Source: Neolecta irregularis DAH-3 (lineage: Eukaryota). Taken from it: a DNA stretch of 42,489 nucleotides. Below, piece by piece: positions 1 through 10,588 of the stretch. Location of the stretch: assembly GCA_001929475.1 (NCBI GenBank), contig LXFE01000232.1:1-42489 (forward strand), given 5' to 3'. Position 1 is the first letter of the stretch. Every line of letters begins with the position of its first letter. Position numbers and translations under genes: made by a program. The notes under the pieces were generated by a model, which searched no databases, had not been told where the DNA came from, and saw only the letters and a list, made by a program, of their open reading frames with translations.

Positions 1-120
1 AGTACCAACCAGTACAGCAGCATACTATACCAGTACCCACCAGTCAGCAGTTTACTATACCAGTACTCACCAGGATAGCAGTACAGCAGTATACTATCAG
101 TACCCCACCACTACACCACT
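1..120. repeat. Degenerate low-complexity tandem repeat (CAGTAC / CAGTACAGCAG / TACTATAC units)
   Basis: Recurring ccagtac, cagtacagcag and atactatac motifs over the first ~120 nt. Confidence 0.6.
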
Positions 121-127
121 ACATCTC

Positions 128-1160
128 ATGGACGAGGCAGCCTTCTTTACCCGCCCAGTGCCCGCCCTCGCATTTGCACCTGCGGCATCCTCAGACGCAG
201 ACTCGGACTCGGACGCCGACCCAGCACCCTTGCTCCAGCTGCGCGGATCCTCAGACTCTGACAGCTCCAGCGCCCACTCCTCCTGCATCCCCCGCAAACG
301 TCCCCGCCCGGCTCCCCGCTCGCACTCTCCCTCTCCGCCTCCATGCAAACCCTCTCTGCCGCTCTCTCCTTTGTATTCGTGCAACCCGGGTATTCCTCTC
401 TCTCCTCATATTCCACTCGCTCCTCATATCCCTCTCGCTCCTCATATTCCTATCGCTCCCCATATTCCACTCGCTCCCACCATCCCCGCCCCGCCCTCTC
501 CCCCAGAGTCGCCCGTCCTCGAAATATGCCTGCGTGGCCGTGTGCTCGACGACGCCGCCGCGCTGCCCCCAGACTGGCCCGACCCGCTCATCTTCAAACT
601 CCGCTCCACGCAGACCTTCCGCCTCCTCCTCCGCGCGGCGGTCAGAGCCAAAAACGTCAGCCCCGCCCTTGCAGACTCCATCGTCCTCGCTTGCCGCGGC
701 AGGCGCGTCTTTGGCGCTTCCACCCCCCGCAGCCTCAACCTCGCCCCAGACTCGGACGGCAGAATCTGCATCGACGCCTACACTGCAAATGACTATGAGA
801 AATACAAAACTCTCCACGACAAACAGAGGCTGCGCTCAATCAGCCGGGAGCGCGACCTCCCGCCTCCCCCATTGTGTCCACCCTCCGTCCCAATGAAACG
901 ACTCGTTCTCAGAGGCAAAGACACCACAGACGCAAAGATCAAGACTGCCTTGGTAATACGTCATCCTATCTGCCTCCTTTGACTCGTCCTAGGATACCCC
1001 CGTCGCCAAGATCATCCACAGCTACCGTGAAATGAAGCAACTAGCCGATAGTGTCAAAATATCACTAGAGTTTGACGGCGAAGATATCGACCCAGCCTCT
1101 ACCATAGGCGACGTTGATGATCTGGACGATCAAGATATCATTATCGTCAAAGCCATCTAG
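128..1160 (+). CDS. rad60: Rad60/Esc2/NIP45 family protein with two C-terminal SUMO-like domains
   Basis: Exon 1 128-952, GT-AG intron 953-992, exon 2 993-1160. Low-complexity Pro/Ser N-terminus, then SLD1-like (PLIFKLRSTQTF...RGRRVFGASTPRSLNL) and SLD2-like (RLVLRGKD...ISLEFDGEDIDPASTIGDVDDLDDQDIIIV). Confidence 0.8.
391..480 (+). repeat. Coding 18-bp minisatellite (PHIPLA-type unit, ~5 copies) inside rad60
   Basis: cctcatattccactcgct-like units translate to IPLSPHIPLAPHIPLAPHIPIAPHIPLAP. Confidence 0.8.
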
Positions 1161-1181
1161 CCCTGTCTTTACAACTCCCCC

Positions 1182-1974
1182 CTAATCTTTTTTCAAATCG
1201 CTCAGCTCCACTTGTACACCCTCCTTCGTGACTACATGTATCTCCAAATGGTCCCCAACTTCAATATGACGCTCTGCAGCAGCATTGAAAGCATCCCTCA
1301 CAAGCTTGAGTGCTTGCTCCAACGGTAACGTCGTTTTGGCCCGAGGAATAATCTCCCCATTTGCACTCACTTGAAACTGGTTTTTAAAATTGACCTTGCA
1401 TTAGTTTATATAAATGCACATCTCGGGCACCTGGTTATCGAGGAATGGCATCATCAAACTAGCTGCTGCCCCGCCTGCGCGACACTGTTCACGTTCATAA
1501 GATCCAACCGGGTCAAAAGAATATACCGCCCCAATACCTAATCTTGTTAGTCCTCCCCCAAAACCCCCTGCGCACGGCGTACCTTTTTCATCTAATCCAG
1601 CGACAATAGTATGCACGTAATACGGAAACATTCGTTTCCCATAAAGTAGTGTTTGGATTAACCTAGCAACTGACGATACCTCCATAGGCTTATTATGTGC
1701 ATGATGATACCACTATACACATCAGCTTCATTCACCCTTACTCGACCTCAATTCGTTGGGCAACTCGTTTCACCAAAGTTTCTCCATCGGCCGCGAATCC
1801 ATTAACACCAACTAATATGTTGTCGCCTACATTGAACACTTTAGGTGAATAGCGGGTATTAATGTTATAGCCTCTTGTATGTCGAGTGTCGCTTGCCAGT
1901 ACAGAGAAATCGGAGCCGCTAATCGCAAGGATGGAACCACCGTTGTTTTCGTATGGATTGAATTTACTGCCCAT
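1182..1974 (-). CDS. PRE7: 20S proteasome subunit beta type-6
   Basis: Four exons. Motifs FNPYENNGGSILAISG, GFAADG, FPYYVHTIVAGLDEKG, GAVYSFDPVGSYERE, SLMMPFLDNQV, AERHIEVGD and C-terminal LKKD. Confidence 0.95.
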
Positions 1975-2050
1975 TTGGTTGTGGTTGGTGATGACGCGGA
2001 GTCGGAAAGGTTACTGGTAAACGGGACGATCGTGAATTTCACATTATTAG

Positions 2051-2060
2051 GCTGCCACCA
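2051..2060 (-). promoter_or_regulatory. PACE-like (Rpn4-type) element GGTGGCAG upstream of PRE7
   Basis: Minus strand reads TGGTGGCAGC about 80 nt upstream of the proteasome subunit ATG. The established consensus is GGTGGCAAA. Confidence 0.35.
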
Positions 2061-2230
2061 GAAGAAAGAATCATGAAATTAAAATTGGAAATCAGAGATT
2101 TATCTTTTTGAAAATTGCGAATTCTGTTATTTCTGCATCACACGTTCTGATGACGTGTGACACCAAAATGCAAAAATTCATACAATGCACATACTCCCCA
2201 AGGCAGTCCCTTCTCCCACTGCACCTACAA

Positions 2231-3733
2231 CTACTCCTCCCCCTTGAACTTTATATAATGTTTTGGTGCATCATCCGGTGGCAGCTTAGGCATTGCTGGT
2301 ACTTCAAAGACCCCTGCGAACCTCGTCCGAAATTCTGCTTCCAATTCTTCCAGCTGGGCATCGATCTGTTCATATCCACCTTCACTCGGCTCGAGTTCGG
2401 CTTCCTCGATAGCACAGGGCTCTTCGATTAAACAGTTTCCAGATGTGCAAAGTATGTTTGCATCACTTCCTTCCATTGCAGCCCAATGGGCGTAGGGTGC
2501 CATGCTAACATTGAACTTCTCGATAAACGGGATACCCAAGATAGCCTCATATTTCTCGAGAGGGACTATTAAAAATCTTATTTTCTCTTTTGATAAGAAT
2601 TTTACTGAGGGAATCTCAATCGGGAGGTCTACGTACTCCCGTATTATCTCCGAGTATCCGGCTAATACTTGCGATAGGCGTAAGTTTTTCTTCAATTGTT
2701 TTATCTCGATTTTATTTCGCAATCGATCCGTTACCATTGACGCGATCAAGTTACAATCGGTACCGGTATGAAGGAGTGCCTCGATCACGCGGTCGCACAC
2801 CTTGATGCCCACCGTCAGCTTCTTCCCGACACCATCATGTGGTGTTGTCGTCCAGGAAAGGGAGCAATGGACACTCTCGACACTCTCTTCGTCGTCTTCT
2901 TTTACACCAGGGGACATAACATCCTTGTTTCTGCCTGTTGGAAATTCGTTCCTCGGCCCTTTTCCTGTGCTTTTCATGCATTCCTTGGCGTAATGGCCCT
3001 GGTTGCCGCATTTAAAGCACTCGTTGTTCTTTCCTCTCTTCTTCATCTTTTCTTGGTAGCTAATGCTACCCGCGGTCTTCTCCACGTTCTCCCGGCCTGG
3101 GCGGCGGCTCAATGTCGCCTCCACATTCAATCCTGCAACGACAACTTGTTGCAAGGATGTCATTTGGTATAATTTCGCGCTCAGATAGGATTCGATGTTT
3201 CGTCGAAGCCCATGAGCAAAACGCCTTATCATCTGCGCTTCGGGGTACATAGACTGGTCGAGCTGGTCCCACAGCTCTTGGAATTCTGTCGCATAATCAG
3301 TGACGGATCGAGGACCTTGTCTAAGATTCTCGAACTTGTCCTGTATCGCTGAGACATTTGCGGGGTGCAAAAACTCGTCGGAAAATATTTGGAAAAATTC
3401 GTCGACGCTGTGAATTGATTTTTCATGAAAGTCGAACCATATCGACGCTTCTCCTGTCAGCGAGCACGCTATCTCTTGAAGCAGATGATTATCTGCCTCT
3501 CCGTTGTGGCGTTTGCGCAGTTTCACTATTCGTCGAGTCAGACTCAACCACCCCATTGCCGTCCGGACGGACTTGCCCTCCCCGGAGAATGATGGTAATT
3601 CCCGAATGTTTGCATTCAGACTAACTCCTTTCTGGCCTGTCTCGGCTGCTTGGCCTTTTTCTTCATGTACTTGCACTCTCTCAAGTGGCAGGTTTCTCGT
3701 TCCTGTCGAAATTTCCTGCTTAATGCCGGTCAT
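2231..3733 (-). mobile_element. Ty3/Gypsy-derived Gag (capsid + CCHC zinc knuckle) fused to an inactive aspartyl protease; intact 500-aa ORF truncated before RT
   Basis: Retrotrans_gag-like motifs (LTGEASIWF; LRQGPRSVTDYATEFQEL; RFAHGLR), CX2CX4HX4C knuckle CFKCGNQGHYAKEC, protease ALLHTGTDCNLI...AILGIPF, and a terminal LPPDDAPKHYIKF resembling the PR-RT linker. Intronless. No RT, integrase or LTR seen. Confidence 0.9.
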
Positions 3734-4997
3734 GTCGATAATTCCGCGTTTCCAGAGACGTTAGTCGATTCGTAAAAATATAAGTGTTGAGGCTCGAGTA
3801 CGAATAAGACGAGGTTTACTCTTACCTAAGTGGCGTGAACTTGCTAGGTATGACCCCCTATCTAGCTTTTAACGTACAAATTAAAATGCCGCAATATCAT
3901 TGCAAGCCCTCCTTCCGTAATGGTTACATTTATGTAGCATATGTTTCACATCACTCATAACGTCGATGCATCCCAGACAAATGAACTTATCATAAATTGT
4001 CAGCCATTGCTTGGTTCCTACAACCTAATCTCCTCCATTTTTAAATTCTTACAACTCATTTCATCCGCGCACGCTGTGACATGCGGGTGCTGGGCGCAAC
4101 GATTGGGCGACAGTTACAGTACGGTGAATACTAACCTACTACAGGCGCCTGGCGGATTTCACAGATAGAAGACTTGTAACGATCAGACGGAAAGGGAAAT
4201 ACAATAAATCGCTTTTATGGAGAAACATGCTTCACGAGATTAATTGCATTATTTTTGCACCAAACGCGACTAAACTGTCATATCCATAATGCTCCCCACA
4301 AGTCTTCAGACACCGCCTCGGCGTGAGTTCTCACCAACAGTATTCACCCCCTCAGTTATACCTGCATAACTACCTGATCAATTGCTGGAACACTTCCTGT
4401 CCGGCTGGAATGTCGTGGTTCCTGCAGTCATAAACGCAATTTTCTCAACTCTGGGGGACCTTCAACGTCGAGTCCGCTGAAAAGGAATTCTTGGTTTGTG
4501 ACACTTCCCAGGGGTTATTTTCCTAAAATCAGATCATTTATGACTAATCGACACTTTCTCCACAGTGCCCACATAAGACCCTGGTGATGCCAAACGGATA
4601 CCGGGCTGATCGGGTTATTTTACCGCAGTTTTTTGACCCTCGGCGTGATTTTCTGTTTTCGCTTATTTGTGCTCGATGACTAGTTATGGGCCTCTAGACC
4701 CGGCCTGTGATATGGGCAAAATCATCACAGGCATATTTGGCTGTTTGTTGAGAAGCGACTTTTAAACCCTCTTGCACCTTTTCAAGATGTTCAAGAATGA
4801 CGTTCAGCCGGCAGAAATAATAAGAGCTATCCCCCGATTTGTCAGGTTACCAAACGCCTCTACATGTTTTAGGCATCAATAAAGCCAATGGCATCGACGG
4901 CAGCCTGCTTTAGATATCACAAGTCATAGAATTGTGTCATTGGGTCCTTGCTTATGATTAATATAACTCAAAGTAAACGAAAATCCCCCGGCGCAAA

Positions 4998-5336
4998 CTA
5001 TCCAACTTGATTATCTTTCGCTGCAGATATATAAAGAACTAGCAATATTAAAAATATCTTAAACAGTGGGCGGAACATACCATTATTCCCTCTAATAAAC
5101 ACATCTCCATATTTATTTTTCAACTGGCCATTCACGTACTCTTCAGTCTCTTCAACAGCACAGTTCATATACCCATCGATACAATTGAGGACACCTGAAC
5201 AGGATCAGGACGGGGAGCACACTAAATGCACACCTTTGTAATCAACGCCAGAATTCAACCTGACGACGACCTGTTTTCCGAGGATTTTTCCCAGAAAAGT
5301 AGAAGTGGGATTATCGCGCGTTTCTTCGTCAGCCAT
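4998..5336 (-). CDS. LSM6: U6 snRNA-associated Sm-like protein LSm6
   Basis: Not in the ORF track. Three exons splice to MADEETRDNPTSTFLGKILGKQVVVRLNSGVDYKGVLNCIDGYMNCAVEETEEYVNGQLKNKYGDVFIRGNNVLYISAAKDNQVG, the typical LSm6 Sm1/Sm2 sequence. Confidence 0.95.
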
Positions 5337-5449
5337 GGACCTCGAGTGAGAGTATATTGAGGTGAGGCTTGAAATCGAACTGCAACGTCATTCCAGAATT
5401 TTACCGCCCGAAACTGTCTCTTTTAAAAAAAAAGAGTAATTAATTGAGC

Positions 5450-8373
5450 ATGGGATGGAATGAAGATGTTGCGCGATCACAGCCAATTCATGGTAAATAC
5501 TCTCTTTTTTTGAGCGCGAATAGGCTAAGTTTGGATAGAAGCTATCCAGCTGGGCCATCACAGGCAAGCATTACAACTCTGCACCAAAGCTCTCAAGAGG
5601 ACACCACAGTCCTTATTACTACGAGTACACCATATCATTACATAACACCGAGTCAACTAGTTAGACCCTCAAAGCTCTCACACTTACAAAACTTGGCAGG
5701 AAGGATGAAGCATGGCAAGTCTGTCAAGAAGTAATTGCCCAAGTTCCTACAGACTTTGAAGCTCTGAATGTTTTGCACATGTTGATGGAAAACATTGGAA
5801 AAGGTTCTTTTACCATTCTGAATAATCACGCTAAATAAATAAAAAGGCAATGAAGCCGTTGTAATGTATGACAACGCATTGAAAAAATCCCCGAAAGATG
5901 AAACTTTGGCTCACCATTTCTTCTTGACTATGGTCCAAACGGGAAATATAAAGGCCCAGCAAAGGGTCTAGTCGCCTTTGTAATTGTCGCTTACAAGTTA
6001 CAGGTCGCCATGCACTTGCAAAAGACATTTAATCGCCAGGAATATTACCAATATGCCGTTCAATCCCTCCATCTTTTACACGTACAATCAATTGTATCTG
6101 CTGTATTAAGGAATAGAAACAAGAGCCGTCATCTATTTATGGAACGCTTGCCTGTAGAATGATCGAAAAGGCAATACAACAAAATACTGAAACTTTTACG
6201 TGCGAACAAGTTCATTTGTACGTTACGATACTAGCCTTTCACAAAAGATATCAACAAGCAGCCGATGTTTTAGAGAAATTTCTTCCTTTGGAAAATTCTG
6301 AAGATATCGAATTTCTCCGACTGAAGCTTTCTATTCTCGATGAAATGGCTGATTGGACAACTTTATATTCGCTATGCATATCACTTATTGACAATGGAAA
6401 AGATGATTGGAGAGTATATCAACTGGCGATCAAAACTTTTGTCTCATTATTTTTGGACGCAAAGAAGGAGCCAAAGTAATCTTCTTGGTCAATCATAATT
6501 TTTCTAACATAAAAGTGAACTCGGTGAATTACTCTCATATTTTAAAAGAAAAGACTCGCGAAATGCTGATTTAGCATCCATTTCACTCACTTTTAAGCGC
6601 CTTAATTCAGATCTTGCTTCCGCGAGTTTAAATGCTTGCGTTGAATATTTCAACAAATATTGCAAAAAGCCATCATGTTTTGAGGATTTAGAGCCATACG
6701 TGAGGATGCTTTCTTTTGATGAACGTACCCAGTTTCTTCAAAGCATCCAGGTATCTCTTGAAGAGAATGCCAAGGTACATGTTGATTTTATCACTTTTTG
6801 ATTATCAGTTGTCTGTCGATCTCATTACTTCTGAAATAAATATTCAGAAATTATCTTTCCTCATTAATTCCTCACAACGACAGACGATAAATGAGTCGTT
6901 TGTGAAAACAAATATAGACCTATATGCTAGGGGCCTTCACGTTGGACAGGCGCGGGAAAAAATAGACAATAGTTGCAGCGACGATGCCTTGTTACTAGCT
7001 TGTCATGCTTTATTATTGGTAAATTCTCTAGAGTGTAGGTGGAAGAGTATGATTCTGCTGATAGTCAGTACATACATCGATCATTCAAGCGATCACTTTA
7101 CTCGATTTCGGACTCAAGCATTCACCTTGCAATTATCAATTCAAGTTTCTTTTAATTCGGCTTTACATCATGCTTGGAGCATTTCCACAAGCTATATCAG
7201 TGTACAAGAGCCTTAATATCAAGCAGATTCAATGCGATACCCTCAATCATTTGGTTTTCACAAGAATCGCTTCAGTCTACCCCTCTGAAACTGTCACCAG
7301 TTTACTCAAAGAATCATGTAGTATATACGGTGCGAATGCCGAAGAAACCCCTGAAGCTATCTGTAGAGCCTACGAAAGTGGCGCTTGGAGCAAAATCGAA
7401 GATTTTACGAAGCTTCGTCAAAGATTAGAAGCAAGCCTCTGGAAAGCCATGACGGGAATTGAGTTGGGTAGGCTTGCCTTTTTTCAGAATGGGCATAACT
7501 ACGATTTCCAATACAATTTTGGCGGCTTGGAATCGAGTTTTAGTGATAATCGGGATTTCAAGATCCTTCGTAACTGCATTTGGTCAAAAGATGACTATAT
7601 TGAATGCTGTACCCGGTTACAGCCACTGCCAATGGTACTGCGGCCCTAAATATCGCTGCATGGACTCAACTTTAGTCGTCCTGGTTCATACTGCAAAAGA
7701 CTTTGTATGACCTCCGAAGTGTTTTGCTAAAAGGGGATTTTCTTGAGGTACATCGTGTGACGGAAAGGCTAAAGGAATGCTTTACAGCAGCTACCCAGGA
7801 GCTGTCTCCACATGAAGCTTCATTTTTCACCAAACTGATATCTCTCCTTGAATATTGTAAAAATGGTAATACATCAAATCTTTGTATTGGAAATATCACT
7901 TGGAAGGACAAGTGTGATGGAAGATCGGTTGAGGAGCTGTGTCTTCATCTGGAGGTATCTCAATATGTGTAGTATCTCCTGACATGCAGTTAATCCTTTT
8001 CAAGTTACTCATCTGTGCAACAAGGGAATTCTCGTTAGATAATAGAAACGGCAAAGCTGCTCCCAGTTTGGTCATTCATACACTGAATGAAGAAGTCAAG
8101 CGAGATCTCAAGGGTCTGAACTTGACATTAAATTGGGCGAAGGAAAACATTGGAAATCGGTCTCTTGACCAGTGTCTGGAGCAAGTACGAACACTGCCTA
8201 GTCTGAAGCTTTTGGGTCCTACGGCAAATTAACCAGGCTGATATGGGGCTAATTTTTAGTTGGATGACCTTTTCATCACGCAAATCCTGGAGCGGCTGCG
8301 GGAAGTACAACTAGAGGTGCTCAATTGCATCTCTGATCACGTTGAGCGTTTCGGTAGAAACTTTTGCATATAG
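5450..8373 (+). CDS. MDM20: NatB N-terminal acetyltransferase auxiliary subunit (NAA25/MDM20), multi-exon
   Basis: TPR-like N-terminus (QPIHEAIQLGHHRQALQLCTKALKRTP...TLKALTLTKLGRKDEA), KPSCFEDLEPY, YKSLNIKQIQCDTLNHL, ETPEAICRAYESGAWSKIEDF, and DNRDF. Internal exon boundaries are approximate. Confidence 0.88.
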
Positions 8374-8463
8374 CAAGTATTTAGGAAGCATTGTCATGTG
8401 ATAAGAACGCCGCGACGTCATTCACGCCATGTACATCTGTGTTCCTTGCTACGACCCGCCACC

Positions 8464-10141
8464 ATGACAGATTTAAATATCGACCAAGAAATCTTGGGTC
8501 AATTTTGCGCAATCACAGATGCTGCACCGCAAACCGCTATCCAATATCTTCGTGTATCAGACAACTTGGAACAAGCGATAACATTATTCTACGAGAGCGG
8601 AGGAGCTGATCTTGTTGGAGCAAATGATGCTCCTTCCCGGCAATCTGCCGAAATAGTTTCTGAAACGCACCAAGACCTCCTTTCCGGCTCCCACATTGAT
8701 GATGATGAAGCTATGGCTAGACGACTGCAAGCAGAATTCTCAGAATCAGCCCAAGAGAATGATGGCCAAGTTAGAGCACCAATTTCCCCAACTCGAGATA
8801 TCCTAGTCGATCCCAGTATGGGTGATATTGGAGGAATGATTCCACAATTCGGTGCTATTCAGGGTGGTATGAGACCGGATATGCTGTCTTGGGAATCTTA
8901 TGATTCCAGCGAGCCGTTCTACTCGCCGAGGAATTTTTAATCAGGCACAACCATCCGTGTGGGATAACTCTGAAGCAAGTCTTGCTGAGGCAACAGGTAA
9001 ATCAGGCCAATACCAAAATCTTGGAGTTGCTGATATGAAGGTGGTGCATCTAGGGAAGGGGATAAAGCTAGCCGCCTTGCTAGTATGTATCGGCCTCCAT
9101 TTGAGATCATGACGGACATGGCATTGGAGGATGCATGTTTCCATAATATTTAGGTTCTGATTCAATAGGCCCGAGAAGACGGCAAACGCAAAAAGAAATG
9201 GATTATGATTACCATACAAAATATGAGCGAATTTTTCTGTCAGTTGTTGAATCGGGATATTTGGTCAGACCCCGACGTGCAAGCTTGCGTTCGTGAGAAT
9301 TTCATATTCATTCAAGTGCACATCAGATATACTGGACAACACTGATGTCAAGCACAATATGGATACACATGAGGGACAACAAATATTACAGCTCTATCCT
9401 GTCAGACAGTATCCAAACTTGCTGATAATCGATCCGCGGACAGGAGAGAAAATGAAGGAAATTTACGACCTCGGAGAACCACCTACTAAAGGCCACCTCA
9501 TGATGGCTCGTATGTTAATTTTGATTCTCATGATTTGACTACAAGTCATGGATTTCCTTGATAGGTTTTCGTTAGATCCTAAGAAGAAAAACCCTGTTCC
9601 CAAAACTTCTACGTCAAAGGTATACAAGACCTTTTAAGCACCAACTGAAAAACTAGAGCATCGAGGACATGACTGAAGACGAGCAAATGAATGCAGCCAT
9701 GATGGAGTCCCTCAAACCCTCGTCACCAAATTCGAATACTCCTAACAATAGGGAAATGGGAGTTTTGGACAATGAAGATCAAAGTGCTCAGTCTCCAGAA
9801 AGTATTCAAACGACTTTTGTCAATCCGCTTATCAAATAGCTACCCCGAATAACGACATATTTGCCAATTTGACACCAGTACATCGTGATGAAACTACAGC
9901 AAATCTAAATACTACGAGAATTCAGTTAAGGTTTCCGGATGGAACTAGGGTCGTCCGCAAGTTTGATCTAGACGTGTCAGTGAGACATATCTTTGAATTC
10001 ATCCTCTCAGACGTTGATTGCGCAAAAGGGAGGGTTTTTGATGTCACATTCATGGGCAATAATCTTCTAGAGAAGTTGGAAATGTCTCTTGCTGATGCTG
10101 GATTAAAAAGCTCCTCACTTACAATAGAATATAGAACTTGA
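8464..10141 (+). CDS. UBX5: UBX domain protein (UBA-like, UIM, UAS, UBX; UBXN7/Ubx5 type Cdc48 cofactor)
   Basis: N-terminal UBA-like (QFCAITDA...NLEQAITLFYE), VRAPI, MYRPPFEIM, UAS (KKWIMITIQ...CQLLNRDIWSD), UIM (MTEDEQMNAAMMESL) and UBX (TRIQLRFPDGTRVVRKF...SLADAGLKSS). Confidence 0.88.
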
Positions 10142-10588
10142 TATTTTAAAATTTCGATGATCGATCTCGTGCTTCAGAGCAGATATTTAAAATTCCCATT
10201 TAGTCTGCCATGTTGGTTTCCTAGGGTTTTATATAGAAGGTTAGCCTCTCAAAGACTTTCTATTCAAAGAGCTCTATCCCAAACTAAACCCTACTCGAAA
10301 CTATTGAGCATGACCCCCAACTTATTTCAACACTGAAGTAGCATATCTCATTCAGACAACACAAAAGCTCTTTGTTTCTAAGCCAACCCTCTTTGACCTT
10401 ACAATAACCAATTTAAACATACCTACTCAATTTGAACATAAATCAGAAGTAGGAACTTATGATTTAAGTCTTCACTAAACTGATCTCAAAGATTTATGCT
10501 TGAAACATTATAATCCGCCCGAAGTAGTGAAAGGAAATTAGATTTATTCAACTTGAATAATATCTGTAGCATCATTCTTCCGTTCAGT

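Noticed and set aside
97-896. Multiple overlapping alternative-frame and antisense ORFs over rad60
   Set aside because: Expected from high GC and low stop density; no recognisable motifs.
3734-4000. 5' LTR and primer-binding site for the Gag element
   Set aside because: No direct repeat shared with the downstream flank and no TGG-type tRNA-complementary site found by eye.
4445-4475. GAAGGTCCCC on the minus strand resembling RNase MRP CR-I
   Set aside because: No convincing CR-V partner (GGGGCTYA) downstream.
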